Of a stretch of DNA of 64,000 nucleotides, positions 25,451 through 39,323 are shown piece by piece. Position numbers and translations under genes: made by a program. Position 1 is the stretch's first letter; each line of letters opens with the position of its first letter. Source of the DNA: Octopus sinensis (taxonomy: Eukaryota); contig NC_043001.1 of NCBI RefSeq assembly GCF_006345805.1, positions 134,478,001 to 134,542,000 on the forward strand, given 5' to 3'. The notes under the pieces were generated by a model. It saw nothing but the letters and a program-made list of their open reading frames with translations, ran no database searches and was not told where the DNA came from.

Positions 25451-25935
25451 GAATATTAGATAATGTGGTCCTAGACACTCCTAGATGGTCATGGCTAGAA
25501 AGTCTGTGATAATAGGTTTGCTGGATCAGAGTTGACATTGGGCTAAACAACAATGTCAATGTAGCCACTGCTGCCATCACCACCCACAACATTATCAATA
25601 ATACTGGAGGGGACCTCCATGTGGTCTCTCAGCCTGCAAGAAATAGTAGCCAAATTACCTTCAGATCATATTTTGCATTTTTAAAAAAGGGCACATTGGA
25701 TAACATGATTCTGGGTTCCCTGTACAGAGCAAAAAGTTGGAGTTGTCACACTAGATTGGCATTAATCATAGGTCTGGATTGGCCTAGAATTAACCTTTTA
25801 GTGTTCAGCTTACTCAATCAAATGTAATATTTATTTATTCACATTGTTTAGAATTATATTGTAGCCTTGAGATTTTGATGATGTGATTGTTTATGTTTAA
25901 AATGACATTTTAGTGTTGGTAGGAAAGGCGAGATC

Positions 25936-26031
25936 TGGCCAGTTTGAACATAGAGCAAGTTGAATATTTTGGCCAGAAATGGCCAGTTTAAATACTTACA
26001 GGGCTAAACATCAAGAATGGCACTGGAGGGA

Positions 26032-26090
<59 letters not shown>

Positions 26091-26431
26091 TCTATCATGC
26101 TGGGGGCACTGCCTTGAAAAGTTTCAGTCAAACGAAACAATCCAAGAATTTTGTTTTTAAAGCTTAGTACTTATCCTGTTGGTCTTTTATGCAGAGCTGC
26201 TAAATACAAGGATGTAAATAAACCAACAGCAGTTGTCAAGTGGTGGTGGTGGAAGACAAGTACATGCTAGATGATGGGCTTCTTTCAGTTTCCATTTACC
26301 AAGTTCATTCACAAGGCTTTGGTTAACCCAGTGTTTGGCCAGTTTGAACATAGAGCAAGTTGAATATTTTGGCCAGATATGGCCAGTTTAAATACTTACA
26401 GGGCTAAACATCAAGAATGGCACTGGAGGGA

Positions 26432-26491
<60 letters not shown>

Positions 26492-26512
26492 CTGTCTATC
26501 TATCTATCTATC
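25936..26512. repeat. Direct duplication (~100 bp plus (CT)n) at 400-bp spacing
   Basis: 25936-26096 repeated at 26336-26512. Confidence 0.9.
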
Positions 26513-26689
26513 TATAAAAATGGGAGAAAAATACATTGGATACAGCACTACTTCAAAATAAAATACGATGGTCATAAATAACTTGAATACCTTTTGATCC
26601 CACTGATATTATCTTTTAATAACTTTCAGATTATTTCATTCCATTTGAAGAAAACAAACTAAATGTAAAACTTGTTTATTCTATACTCT

Positions 26690-27113
26690 TACTCTCTCTT
26701 TACTCTTTTACTTGTTTCAGTCATTTGACTGCGGCCATGCTGGAGCACCGCCTTTAGTCGAGCAAATCGACCCCAGGACTTATTCTTTGTAAGCCTAGTA
26801 CTTATTCTATCAGTCCCTTTTGCCGAACTGCTATGTTATGGGGACATAAACACACCGGCATTGGTTGTCAAGCGATGTTGCGGGGACAAACACAGACACA
26901 CAAACATATAAACACACATACATATATACATATATGTATATACATATATACGAAGGGCTTCTTTCAGCTTTCGTCTACCAAATCCACTCACAAGGCTTTG
27001 GTCAGCCCGAAGCTATAGTAGAAGACACTTGCCCAAGGTGCCATGCAGTGGGACTGAACCCGGAACCATGTGGTTGGTAAGCAAGCTACTTACCACACAG
27101 CCACTCCTACGCC
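26690..27113 (-). mobile_element. SINE family A
   Basis: Full-length copy, reverse orientation. Confidence 0.9.
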
Positions 27114-28619
27114 TACGTCTATGTTAACCCTTTATTACCATATTTTATCAGCTTTTATCACCTTTTATTACCAAAAATGGTATTGAAATACAATGCTTTT
27201 GTTAGAATTACTTTTAAAACAAATGAAGAATTTTGTAAAATAACTAAAACTAATGTTTAGGACATAAATTAAAGTGAAGTTTTAATGAAAGGTTTTAATT
27301 TAGATGCCTTTAAATCATAGAACCAAGGACAGTCTCTGGTCTCAGAAGGGTTCAGTATTTAGGGTTTCCCTTCCCTTCAGTGTATTTAATTCAAATAAAC
27401 TGACTGGCATTGTTGGGACTGACTTTGGGTATCCTGGTTTTAGAACAGGTGCACCTGCACTTTGTATGAGAAAAATATAAGGTTTGGTATCAAGAAGAGC
27501 ATCTGACCATAAAAGGGAATCATGATAGGGCTCACAAGGCTATCTTCCCTTAAAACATCTGTTTTTCTTAGAAAAGAAAAATACCAGTGGATGTACTGAG
27601 GATTGACGCAATCAGCTATATGTACCTCTGTGACAGTGTATCAATCAGCTGTGTATACCCTGGTATCAATATAGCTGATTGTAAGGCATGAAGCTGGTAG
27701 AATTGGTAGCATGCCAGGCAAAATGCTTAGCGGCATTTTGTCCGTCTTTACATTCTAAGTTTAAATTCCACTGAAGAATTTAAACTTACTCCCTACTCCT
27801 AAATTGCTGGCCCTGTGCCAGAATTTGAAATCAGTGTGTGTGTGTGTGTGTGTGATTGTGTCAGTCAGTCAGATACATTCGTGGCATTGTGTCTCTGTAT
27901 GAACTCAATGATAAGGATGTAGAATAACTTCCAACTGTTCTTAGGTGTGTTGTTGTACAGCCTAACATCAACTTTGTTACTTTGTTCAGTGATATTCCAT
28001 GACCATCTCATCTTTCTTTCTCGGGCATGGTGTATATGAAACAATTTTATCTAATGTTAAGGTGGAAAACAGCAGTCTTTAGAGCATCGGACAGAATTAT
28101 CATCATCATTTAATACCTATGTTCCATGCTAGCTTGTGTTAGACAACTGAACAGGATTCAATGGACCCAAGAACTGCATCATTGTTCCAGTATCTGCTTT
28201 GGTATGGTTTCTATGTACTGGGTGCTTTTTTGCATGCCACCAGCACTAGTGAGCTCACCATGCAGCTTCCAAGACTATGAACCCTGAGGGTTAACTTTGT
28301 GCTAAGAGACAAGGGTAAAATATGGGTGACAGTATGAGAGAAGGAACCAGAGCAGAATAGGTTTCTTGCTGTACAGGAGCTACATGATTACTCACCTTTT
28401 AGAAAAAAGGGTAGTAGTGGTTCCAGTTCTCTGTACTCTGTAACTGAGTTCCAATCCTGTTGAAGCAAACTTTACCTTTTGTCCTTTCAAATTTGATAAA
28501 TTAAGAACTGATATAGAGTGATGGGTTAGCAGAATGGTTAGAGCATTGTAAAAGACACCTTGTTGTATTTCTTCCAGTTCTTTACATTCAGAGTTCTTGA
28601 ATGGTATACTTATCCTGGC

Positions 28620-28837
28620 TTATGAAGGCGGTGAGCTGGCAGAAACATTAGCACGCCAGGCAAAATGCTTTGCGGTATTTCGTCTGAGGTCAACTTTGCC
28701 TTTCATCCTTTTGGGGTCGATTAAATAAGTACCAGTTATGCACTGGGGTCAATATAATCAAGAACAGACACACGGATTGTGTGTCTGTCCTCAATTGCCC
28801 TCTCTGTGTTTAGCCCCTTGTGGGTAGTAAAGAAATA
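28620..28837 (+). mobile_element. SINE family D
   Basis: 17-bp TSD GGTATACTTATCCTGGC. Confidence 0.88.
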
Positions 28838-29631
28838 GGTATACTTATCCTGGCCCCCAGTTCAGTACTCACCTCTTTGTCCTCGAGTGTCTTTAGCAGA
28901 ATTCAATCTGTTCCAAGCATTTGGGACTGATCACCTGTTTGAAGATAACTTCCTTTCCTCCCAACAAGCTTTGGAGGCCTTGCAAAAACAATTGAGGGTC
29001 ATGAATCCTACCCTTCCTTCTTTAATGAAACAGTAAAGAAAAATGGGGCCCACTATCAACTGATGTGATATTGACAATGAACACTATTAGATCAGGGTAG
29101 ACCTGGTGATAAACAATAACGTGTATTTAGTATATAAACACCTGAGCAGCTGATACAGCTTCAACAATGAAGCTTACAAGGAAATCTTTCAACAAATGTT
29201 TTAGGCAATCTTGGACAGTTTCTAAGTACCATGTTCTGTTTATTCAATCTCAAACTACTTAATAGTTACTCCAAAGGCAAGTTGTTATTTATGACAATAA
29301 TTACACAGCAACAACAACAGCAGCAGTAGTTGTAGGATGGGGAGGAGTAGTAGTAATAAGCCATTCACAATTTTTTTGATAGCACTCGTTAATCTCCCCC
29401 TCCCCTCGTTAATCTTCTTCATGGCTATTTAATATATAACATTAGTTATTCTGACAATATCTGGTGAGGAGGTGGAGGAAGACAAGAAGTTAATGTAAAG
29501 CAAACTATTTATTGTTGTATAAATAACAATGTGGCTTCACTCTCCATATACCTAATTAAATGGTTTCTACTAATAACAATGGTTTCTAATAACAGTCCCA
29601 CAGACACACATTTGGGAATGATTATAGTTAG

Positions 29632-29878
29632 CACCTTAGCATTTAAACCATCCATATCCAACTCGTATATTCTACCTGTTCTATGTTAAAACTTCCTAGA
29701 TCCGGTATCACACATCTACCTTATGATGTCATTCTAAAAATAAGCAATCACATCATTGAAATCTCAAAGCCAGGAGATAATGCATGATTAATTCAAAAGC
29801 CAGGAGATGCATGTTTAATTCAAAACAATGTCAATAAATAAGCATAACATTTGACAGAGTAATCTGAATGCTAAAGGG
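29632..29878. mobile_element. piggyBac-like MITE
   Basis: Right end ATGCTAAAGGG|TTAA, degenerate left end CACCTTAGCATTT; internal short tandem duplication. Confidence 0.65.
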
Positions 29879-31080
29879 TTAAATCCATCCCAATACTTCA
29901 CTGCTATGTATTAGTTGTTGTTTAGCACCAGTCAGCCTTGATCAAGCAGACTTATAAGCCAATCCAGCCATAACCATCTCTTAGGGACATCTAGAACTAC
30001 ATTATCCAGTGTAGCTTTTCATTTCTCAAGTCAATAGAGTGTCATTTGAAGGAGGGGGCCTGGCTATTATTTTTATCAGATCTTTCATGTGGCAGTTACC
30101 TTTATTGACTCACACATATGATTTGAGTGAGATTTGATTGCTATTTCTAACAGGTCTAACTACCTTGTTGAGGTCTCCTTCACTATTTCATACATACATG
30201 AGACAGTAGAGTGTGATTTGAAGAAGATTTGGTTGCTAATTATACTAGGTCAACCAAGATCTCTATTGTTGGCTCATACATATGACAGCAGAAGAATTGG
30301 CTGCTTTTTCCAACAAGTTTACCTATCATATAGGGGTCTTCATTTCTGGCTCATACATACATACATAAGATAGTAGGATATCATCATCATCATCTTTAAA
30401 GCATTTACTATGCTCTTTCTATCACATAACTCAGCAATTCTCAAACTGACAAATAACACCCCACTCCTGCTAAAAAAGTCTTTGTGAAATGTTTTCTCTC
30501 TCCCCCACTGTCCATGTAATTCTTCTTTCTTTGACATAGAGTTGGACAATTCTAAAAAGTTTGAAACACAATGTACATAATTTTAACTTAATTCAACATG
30601 GCTGTGTAGTTAAGAAGTTCACTTCACAACCATTTGGTTTTGGGTTCAGTCCCACTGTACAGCACCTTGGACAAGTGTCTTCTATTCTAGCCCCAGGTTG
30701 ACCAATGCCTTGCGAGTGAATTTGATAGATAGAAACTGTGCTGGTGCTACATAGAAAGCATCCAGTACACCCTGTAAAGTGGTTGGTATTAGAAAAGCAT
30801 CCATCCTTAGAAACAATGCCGAAACAGACAATTGGAGCCTGGTGCAGCTCTCTAGCTTTCCAGCCTCTGTCAAACCATGACAGCATGGAAAACGGATGTT
30901 AAATGATGATAATGATGATAGGTGTATGTATGTGTGTGTGTGTGCATCTTCATGTTTGTGTTGCTGTGTTTACATTTGTTTACATCACTGTAACTTAGCA
31001 ATTCAGCAAAAAACAAACAAACAAAACAAAACAAAAATGGCTGATAGAATAAGTACTGGAGTTGATTTAATTGACTAAAC

Positions 31081-31395
31081 CAGGGGCTCTCAACCATTTT
31101 TTTTTATCTATGGACCCCTTTGATTATTATTTTGCTCTGGTGGACCCTCATAGGCATTCGATGTTTAAAAACTAGATTTATATATACTTCTTTCAAAATT
31201 CCTATTTGTTTTCCACACATTAATTATGTAAAATGTTAGAGAAAGGAACCTAGCTGTTTCTTGCGATACATACCAATACATACATCTAAAGCAAATTTTT
31301 TCAGGGGCCCTTCAAATTCTATTGTAGATCCCTAATTTGATATTTTGTTACATGGATCCCCAAGAAACTTATACAGCCTCGGCTGAGAATCACTG
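31081..31395. mobile_element. hAT MITE, same family as 41627-41901
   Basis: TIR CAGGGGCTCTCAACC / GGCTGAGAATCACTG, 8-bp TSD GACTAAAC. Confidence 0.88.
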
Positions 31396-31410
31396 GACTA
31401 AACCCCTTAA

Positions 31411-31628
31411 CCCTTTAGTGTTCAGATTACTCTGTTAAATGTAATACTTTTTCACTCAAATTGTTTTGAATTAATCCTGGATCATCTTACAGCTTTGAGG
31501 TTTCAATGATGTGATTACTTATTTTTAGAATGGCATTGTAGGTTAGGTGTGAGAGGCTGGGCATCGCCAGTTTGAATATAAAACATGTAGAATATATTGG
31601 GCCGGATTTGGACAGTTTAAACACTAAA
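31411..31628. mobile_element. piggyBac-like MITE (same family, opposite orientation)
   Basis: TTAA|CCCTTTAGTGTTCAG start; other end eroded. Confidence 0.65.
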
Positions 31629-31753
31629 CATGCCTCAACATGGTTTCAGTCCAGTGGCTCAAACATGTAAAAGAGAAGAAAAGAGAAATTCCTCACAGCA
31701 CTCTCTCCTTATGAGAAACAACTTGATTAATATTATGGTATCTAATAAACTGT

Positions 31754-31995
31754 GGAGGCGCGTGGCTTAGTGGTTAGGGTGTCAGCATCATGATCGTAAG
31801 ATTGTGGTTTCGATTCCTGGACCGGGCAACACATTGTGTTCTTGAGCAAAACACTTCATTTCACATTGCTCCAGTCCACTCAGCTGGAAAATGAGTAACG
31901 CTGTGATGGACTGGCATCCCGTCCAGCTGGGAACACATACGCCATTGAAACCGGGAAACCGGGCCCATGAGCCTGGCTAGGCTTTAAAAAGGCCG
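31754..31995 (+). mobile_element. SINE family C head with tail type 4
   Basis: C-type head and TTCTTGAGCAAAACAC...CTCAGCTG body, then GATGGACTGGCATCCCGTCCAG tail; related decayed reverse copies near 53140-53330 and 59690-59880. Confidence 0.75.
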
Positions 31996-32177
31996 CTTTT
32001 ATTTTTTTTTTATCTAATAAACTGCAGGGTTATACATTTTGGTGCAATCCTACGGTTTCCTAAATCAACACTAGTACTTGACTGTTACTTTATTTTATTG
32101 ACTTCTCCTTGATGGATGAAAGGTGTAGTTAACCTTCATGGGATTTGAACTCAGAATATAAAATGACCTGAATATAA

Positions 32178-32567
32178 TATATGGAAGCACTCTGTCGGTT
32201 ACGACGATGAGGGTTCCGGTTGATCTGAATCAACGGAACAGCCTGCTCGTGAAATTAACGTGTAAGTGGCTGAGCACTCCACAGACACGTGCACCCTTAA
32301 CGTAGTTCTCGGGGATATTCAGCGTGACACAGAGAGTGACAAGGCCGGCCCCTTGAAGTACAGGTACAACAGAAACAGGAAGTAAGAGTGAGAGAAAGTT
32401 GTGGTGAAAGAGTACAGCAGGGATCACCACCATCCCCTGCCGGAGCCTCGTGGAGCTTTTAGGTGTTTTCGCTCAATAAACACTCACAACGCCCGGTCTG
32501 GGAATCGAAACCGCGATCCTATGACCGCGAGTTCGCTGCCCTAACCACTGGGCCATTGCGCCTCCAC
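32178..32567 (-). mobile_element. SINE family B, tail type 1
   Basis: 12-bp TSD ACCTGAATATAA. Confidence 0.9.
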
Positions 32568-33322
32568 ACCTGAATATAAACAGCCAACAGCAGTTTGGCT
32601 GCTGCCCCACCAGTTCTACTCTTCAATGCAATTCCTTAAATAATATCTAATAATAAACTGGTTTTTCTGTAGGCTTACTGGTGATTTCATGCATATTTCT
32701 GTTATTGATCTGAACTGTATGTGATTATCAATCACAATACTGCACTACTGGATAGACATGTCAACAATTGTATGGATCAATCAACTGTTATTACACATAA
32801 CGAGAGAGAGCTGTGTGTGTGAGAGAGAGATTGGATAACAAAGTAACATATCAGTGCAACTGAAAAGAAGGAATGCCTTAAGAGCCAGTCCATGACTTGC
32901 TCAAGTAGCACCATCATCATGACCATTATTATCACCACTGCCACCACCACCATCATCATTCATCATCATCATCATCATCATCATCACTACTAATACTACA
33001 CATCACTTTCATCATTATTGCAATCATCACCACTATCATCATTGTCATCAGCAGCAATTTGGTTAACTTCTATTTTTCTCTCTCTCCATCCTTGTACAGA
33101 TAAGATGACTGTGTCGGCTCAGATTTATCATCATAGCTTAGGAGATGAGAGAGAGAGACACACACACACAAACAGAGAATAATGATCTACAGTGGCATGC
33201 TTTTGCCAAACATAGGAAATCTAGAGGTGGGAAATGCCAAAGTAGTGTAGGATAAAGACAGAAATAGTGAAACATAGAAAACTGGAAGTATTGATAGAAA
33301 ATGAATAGAGAAAGATAAAAGA

Positions 33323-33475
33323 ATGCTGTGTGGTAAGTAGCTTGCTTATGAACCACATGGTTTCGGGTTCAGTCCCACTGCGTGGCACCTTGGGCAAGTG
33401 TCTTCTGCTATAGCCTCGGGCCGACCAAAGCCTTGTGAGTGGATTTGATAGACGGAAACTGAAAGAAGCCCATTG

Positions 33476-33514
<39 letters not shown>

Positions 33515-33720
33515 TTGTGTGTCTGTATTTGTCCCCCCCCCCAACATCGCTTGACAACCAATGCTGGTGTGTTTACCTCCCCATAACTTAGCAGTTTGGC
33601 AAAAGTGACCGATAGAATAAATACTAGGCTTACAAAGAATAAGTCCTGTGGTCGTGTTGCTCGACTAAAGGTGGTGCTCCAGCATGGCCACAGTGAAATG
33701 ACTGAAACGAGTAAAAGAGT
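33323..33720 (+). mobile_element. SINE family A
   Basis: Near full-length copy. Confidence 0.88.
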
Positions 33721-36051
33721 ACATATATATGTATTATTACTATCACAGACAGATCTTGTGTGGTTTTTACAGTCCAAGGAGCAAGTCATAACCAATGATC
33801 AAAAGTCCTTTAGGATTCTTTCTTCAGCTCAATATTTGAACCACCTTCCCTAGAATCTTTGCAATTCCCAGTAATGTTGGCTCCTTATTTTTTTTTTTTT
33901 TTTTTTCCATTAGTAGTAGTTCCATTTAAATGTTGATCCCAATCTTCTTTATCTTTGTGATTGTCGCAAGAGTACCTACTTACCACTGGTGCAATTTCCA
34001 CATTTTTCAAGCTCCACACCTTTGCAACTTCCTCTAATATTTTTCAGTTTTTTTTTTTGTTCTTTTTTTATACACTCTGTCATAACTGAGAGATGCTGTA
34101 TCAGTTATCCTGTGGTGTTTTCCCTTCCGTTTATGATAACAATATCTGGCTTTCTTTCCTCATTCGTTGGATCATATTGAATATTAAAATTCCACAACAA
34201 CCTATTCATTTTGTTTCACTACATTGATATTCATACCCTTATAATCTCTATTTAAATTATAATTTCCATACAGTATCTAATGAAAATGAATGAAGTGTGC
34301 AATATTGTCATACTTCCTTTTCTGTTCTCTTTCTGCAAGCTCACTATATTCACCCACGATGTGACTCTTGCTTTCACCAAAAGAATTAATCAACATTCTT
34401 ATTGATGTGTTATTTCACAGATTGTTCTAAGTACTTGTTCTTGCACAGCAGACGTTAAGCCTAATTTTCATTTGCAGTTACATGACCCTAATCCCTACTG
34501 TTACTTATATCTCTAACAAACTGTTTATACATTGCTTTTCCACTCCACTGTGTCTCTTTCCTCTATTCTGATTCTTATATTCATCTTTATCAATACAGTC
34601 TGTAGTTTCCATCACTCCAATGACTTTTACATCGGACAAGAATGGTTCTGAACTGTTAGCTACATACCATCCCAAATTCTGCTCTTTATTTCTTATACCT
34701 TCTGTGCAACCTATCAGACTTCCTCCATAGAAACCAAGCCGAAAATTAAATGTGAGATGAGGTCCCCCAACCTGTTATGGTGTGCAGCAACCCTACGATA
34801 TGTGTTGACATTGACTGTGAAATGCCTTTGTTTTGCAAATGACTGCCTGGGTTTCCATATCTACTCAAAAGAGTAAATAAATCCCCGGCACATGTGTGAC
34901 ATGATGTATCCTCCCTCAACTAGAGCAGGATATAAGGAATGTATTATTTATTAAGATTAGAAATGAGACAGCTTGTAAAACTCATGCACAACATGCCCAT
35001 TCACAAGCTGTGTCACAATATATGGGGGAAAAAAATACATTGATCAAACCCACAGCTGGGTGTTACCTTTGAGGAGACCAGAAAGATAAAAGACTAGCAA
35101 GAAGCTGGAAGGTCCTTTCAAAGGGACTCCCATCCTTCTGAAGTGCACAAACTTCACGGTTATCTAAAGGAACATTTATATGAACCACTGGTTCAAAATA
35201 CTGGTTTAGAAAGAGTTAGGGAATAAATACACTGAACCCAAAGATGATAAATGGTTGAGGAAAACATCAGTAATAGTTTATCTACAGCTATAGGAGCACT
35301 GCCTAGAGAATATAAAAGTTTTTTTGTGATTTGGGGGAAACTGAAGAAGTTCATGACTGAATTCTGGAGACCCAGGTAACAGTCAGGAGAAGGCAAGGAG
35401 TAGAAGGTGATTAGATTCAGTGCCTTTGTCTTTCAATTGCTAATTTCTTGTTAAAGGTCACAGGTGTTATAGACGATTGCAGTACTAGTCAGACTGACAA
35501 GTTTCCCAGACTATGATTCATAAAAGTGTAGTTCTGTGAAGTGGAATGAAATCCAAGGACAAAGTATTTTTCATGTCTTGCATTTTACTTCCTCCTACCA
35601 TCCTTCTTTCCAATGATAATAGCATTTCTGCTCTTTTCGGGGCTTCGGTATTTCACCATGACCCTGGCAGGGTAACTGACAGATGTTATGCTTTGCCAAA
35701 GGGCAACCTGTGATTTTGTCTGGGACTGCTTATTAAGTATCCACAACTAACCTGTATATATCTACAGGAGATTCTCCTATCTGCAAACTGGGGACCCAAT
35801 GGGTGCTCTAATTCTCCGTAGGTAGTGATTTCTTATGCCTGTATTATTAATGATAATGATTAAACAGTAATCCCTAGACTATAACGAGTATTACATTCCA
35901 ACACCCCCCCACCGCGATAGGTGAAAATCCGCAAAGTAGAAACAGTACTGTATATCTGTTTTATTATTATTATAATTTGTATATATTTATTTTATTATTT
36001 TTATTTACTTAAGCTTTCATAAATTCTCTTCACACTCTTAGGAGTTTCATT

Positions 36052-36242
36052 TTTGGCACGTAAAAAGCACCCACTACACTCACGGAGTGGTTGGCGTTAG
36101 GAAGGGCATCCAGCCGTAGAAACACTGCCAGATTTGACTGGGCCTGATGAAGCCTTCTGGCTTCACAGACCCCAGTAGAACCGTCCAACCCATGCTAGCA
36201 TGGAAAACGGACGCTAAATGATGATGATGATGATGATGATGT
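36052..36242 (+). mobile_element. RTE 3'UTR fragment with (GAT)n tail
   Basis: Same family 3' end. Confidence 0.85.
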
Positions 36243-36710
36243 GCGATTTTTTGTTTACTCATCTACAGTACACTACGTATTTTCTTTTAATATATTTTTA
36301 ATTAATGTGTTATACAGTGCAGTACTGTATTTTTATTTATTAATTTTTAGGCGTGAAAATGCCACAGAAATAGTTAAAATCTAAAAAAAAAAAATAATAA
36401 TACTTATCGGCTGCAAAAACCCACATTATACTGAGGAGTCTGCAATATAAATTTACATATATTTGCCAGAAAAATCCGTGATGTACTGAGGGTGTGATAT
36501 GGTGAGTGATTACTGTAATACATTCTGCTATAGACACAAAGCCTGAAATCTTGTGGGAGGGAGTAGTTGATTATATTGACCCCAGCGCTCAGTTTCTACT
36601 TATTTCATCAACCCCAAAGGAATGAAAGGCAAAGTCAACCTCGGCAATATTCGAATAAGTAATGCTAAATGTTTTGTCTGGTGCAGCAATAATTTTGTTA
36701 GCTCGCTGAC

Positions 36711-36742
<32 letters not shown>

Positions 36743-37674
36743 CTTGTTATAAATTTCTATTATAAATTATATCAATCCTAGAGCTAGTATGTCAGCTATT
36801 CCGTTAATTTAAGCTGCTACTCATCAGACATGAACATTTTTCATCCATGTGATTTTTGCTATTTCATCATGCATTGATCAATTAACTAGCGATCTGGCCA
36901 CCTCTGTTGCTGCTGTTATTGATGAATATGATGGTGATGATGATTATGATGATGATGGAAAAGGGGTGGCGGTGGATGTGGTGATGGTGATGGTGATGGC
37001 TATCAAGACTGTATAAATCACAAAGTTATCTGTAACTATAATCCTCCCTGACATTAATTTCCCTTGCAGACATTAGATTAATATTAACCTCACAGCAGCA
37101 GATTACTTGCTAACTCCACCTCCCCCCTCTCTCCCCCACCATCTTTTGTTCTTAATCTGTGTTGTGTTTGCTTTATTCTGTTTTATCAAAAAACCCTGAT
37201 TAAGGTACTTTGTGCATGACTTAATTGTGGTTTGTTCTTTATCCAAGTTATTTACTGCTCTCACCCTGGGTCTAATGGTGTAATATATATAAAATAAAAC
37301 AGTTTTCCCTTTGGTCACAATAGCAACAGTGCCAGGCCTGGAAGTATGAATACCAGCATAGCTATGTAGTTAAGAGGTTTGCTTTGCCATCACTTGGTTC
37401 CTGGTTCAATCCCACTGCATTGCACCTTAAACAAGTGTTTTCACCATATTTGATTGACCTGAAGTTGTGGTAATTAAACTGAGTAAACCAAAACTGTAGA
37501 TGTTCTTCAGGGTCACTATACTTTGCCTTGGGCCCTCAATTCCTGACAGAGTCATGGGAGCACTATCACAACATATGGTGTGTCTTGAGCATTTAAACCA
37601 GTGATTTAACCGGGGTCCATATAAGATTTTGTTGTTAAAATTTATGTGCAATATACTAGCTATACTTCTACAAT

Positions 37675-38080
37675 AGGTGCAGGTGTGGCTGTGTGGTAAG
37701 AAGCTTGCTTCCCAACCACACGGTTCCGGGTTCAATCCCACTGCGTGGTACCTTGGACAAATGTCTTCCACTATAGCCTCGGACTGACCAAAGCTTTGTG
37801 AGTAGATTTGGTATGTGGAAGCTGAAAGAAGCCTGTCATATAAGTGTGTGTGTGTGTCTGTGTGTGTGTCTTGTGTCTGTGTTTGTTTTCCCATCATTAC
37901 TTGACAACTGGTGTTGGTGTGTTTACATCCTTGTAACTAAGTGGTTTGGCAATAGAGACTGATAGAATAAGTACTAGGCTTAAAAAATAAGCCCCGGGGT
38001 CAAATTGTTCAACAAAAATACTTCAAAACGGTGCTCCAGCATGGCCACAGTGAAATGACTGAAACAAATAAAAGAATAAA
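37675..38080 (+). mobile_element. SINE family A (older subfamily)
   Basis: Diverged copy with CpG decay. Confidence 0.82.
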
Positions 38081-38240
38081 AAAATACACAAAATATCTTA
38101 ATTTTTTTAATACAATTTCTAATAACATTTGATTATAAAAACACAGCAGGATTTTTTTATATAGATCAAATAGGTATGGAGGCCCACAAGAGTAAAATAG
38201 GAATCAAAGGAGTCCATAGGAAGGACACATTGAATGATAT

Positions 38241-38590
38241 ATAGGCGCAGGAGTGGCTGTGTGGTAAGTAGCTTGCTAACCAACCACATGGTTCCGGGTT
38301 CAGTCCCACTGCGTGGCATCTTGGGCAAGTGTCTTCTGCTATAGCCCCGGGCCGACCAATATATATATATGTATTTGTGTGTATGTTTGTGTGTGTGTGT
38401 TTGTCCCCCTAGCATTGCTTGACAACCGATGCTGGTGTGTTTACGTCCCCGTCACTTAGCAGTTCGGCAAAAGAGACCGATAGAATAAGTACTGGGCTTA
38501 CAAAGAATAAGTCCCGGGGTCGATTTGCTCGACTAAAAGGCGGTACTCCAGCATGGCCGCAGTCAAATGACTGAAACAAGTAAAAGAGTA
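38241..38590 (+). mobile_element. SINE family A with internal deletion
   Basis: Segment between GCCGACCAA and the TA tract is missing. Confidence 0.88.
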
Positions 38591-38962
38591 TAGTCCTAGA
38601 TACTCTATGTCTGAGAAAAAGTCAGGATGGTCAGGGCTGAAATTCTTTTGACCTACTAGATGAGGGCTGATCTGGCGCTAAACAGTAACAACTACATACC
38701 TACCTGCAGTGTATTTGAACTTAAGAACTTTGAGCTGGTTGTGCAGTACTATATCTACTACTACTGTTGCTACTACTATTACTGTTGCTGCTGCTGTTGC
38801 TTGACCTTTCAATATCCTGAAGCACTAGTGAAACACTGAACTCTGCAAAGATTAGCAGCAGCAGCATGAGCAGTGGGTGGAGGGGGAGTTAATCTGACCC
38901 ACCACATACTTGACACACAAGTGGTGGTGGTGGTGTTTTTAGACATATAGTGTTCCTTAGTG

Positions 38963-39323
38963 GGAAGCACCCCGTCGGTTACGACGGCGAGGGTTCCGGT
39001 TGATCCAAATCAACAGAACAGCCTGCTCGTGAATTTAACGTGTAAGTGGCTGAGCACTCCACAGACACGTGTACCCTTAACGTAGTTCTCGGGGATATTC
39101 AGCGTGACACAGAGAGTGACAAGGCCGGCCCTTTGAAATACAGGTACAACAGAAACAGGAAGTAAGAGTGAGAGAAAGTTGTGGTGAAAGAGTACAGCAG
39201 GGATCACCACCATCCCCTGCCGGAGCCTCGTGGAGCTTTAGGTGTTTTTGCTCAATAAACACTCACAACGCCCGGTCTAGGAATCGAAACCGCGATCCTA
39301 TGACCGCGAGTCCGCTGCCCTAA
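38963..39323 (-). mobile_element. SINE family B, tail type 1, slightly 5'-truncated
   Basis: 8-bp TSD CCTTAGTG. Confidence 0.9.
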
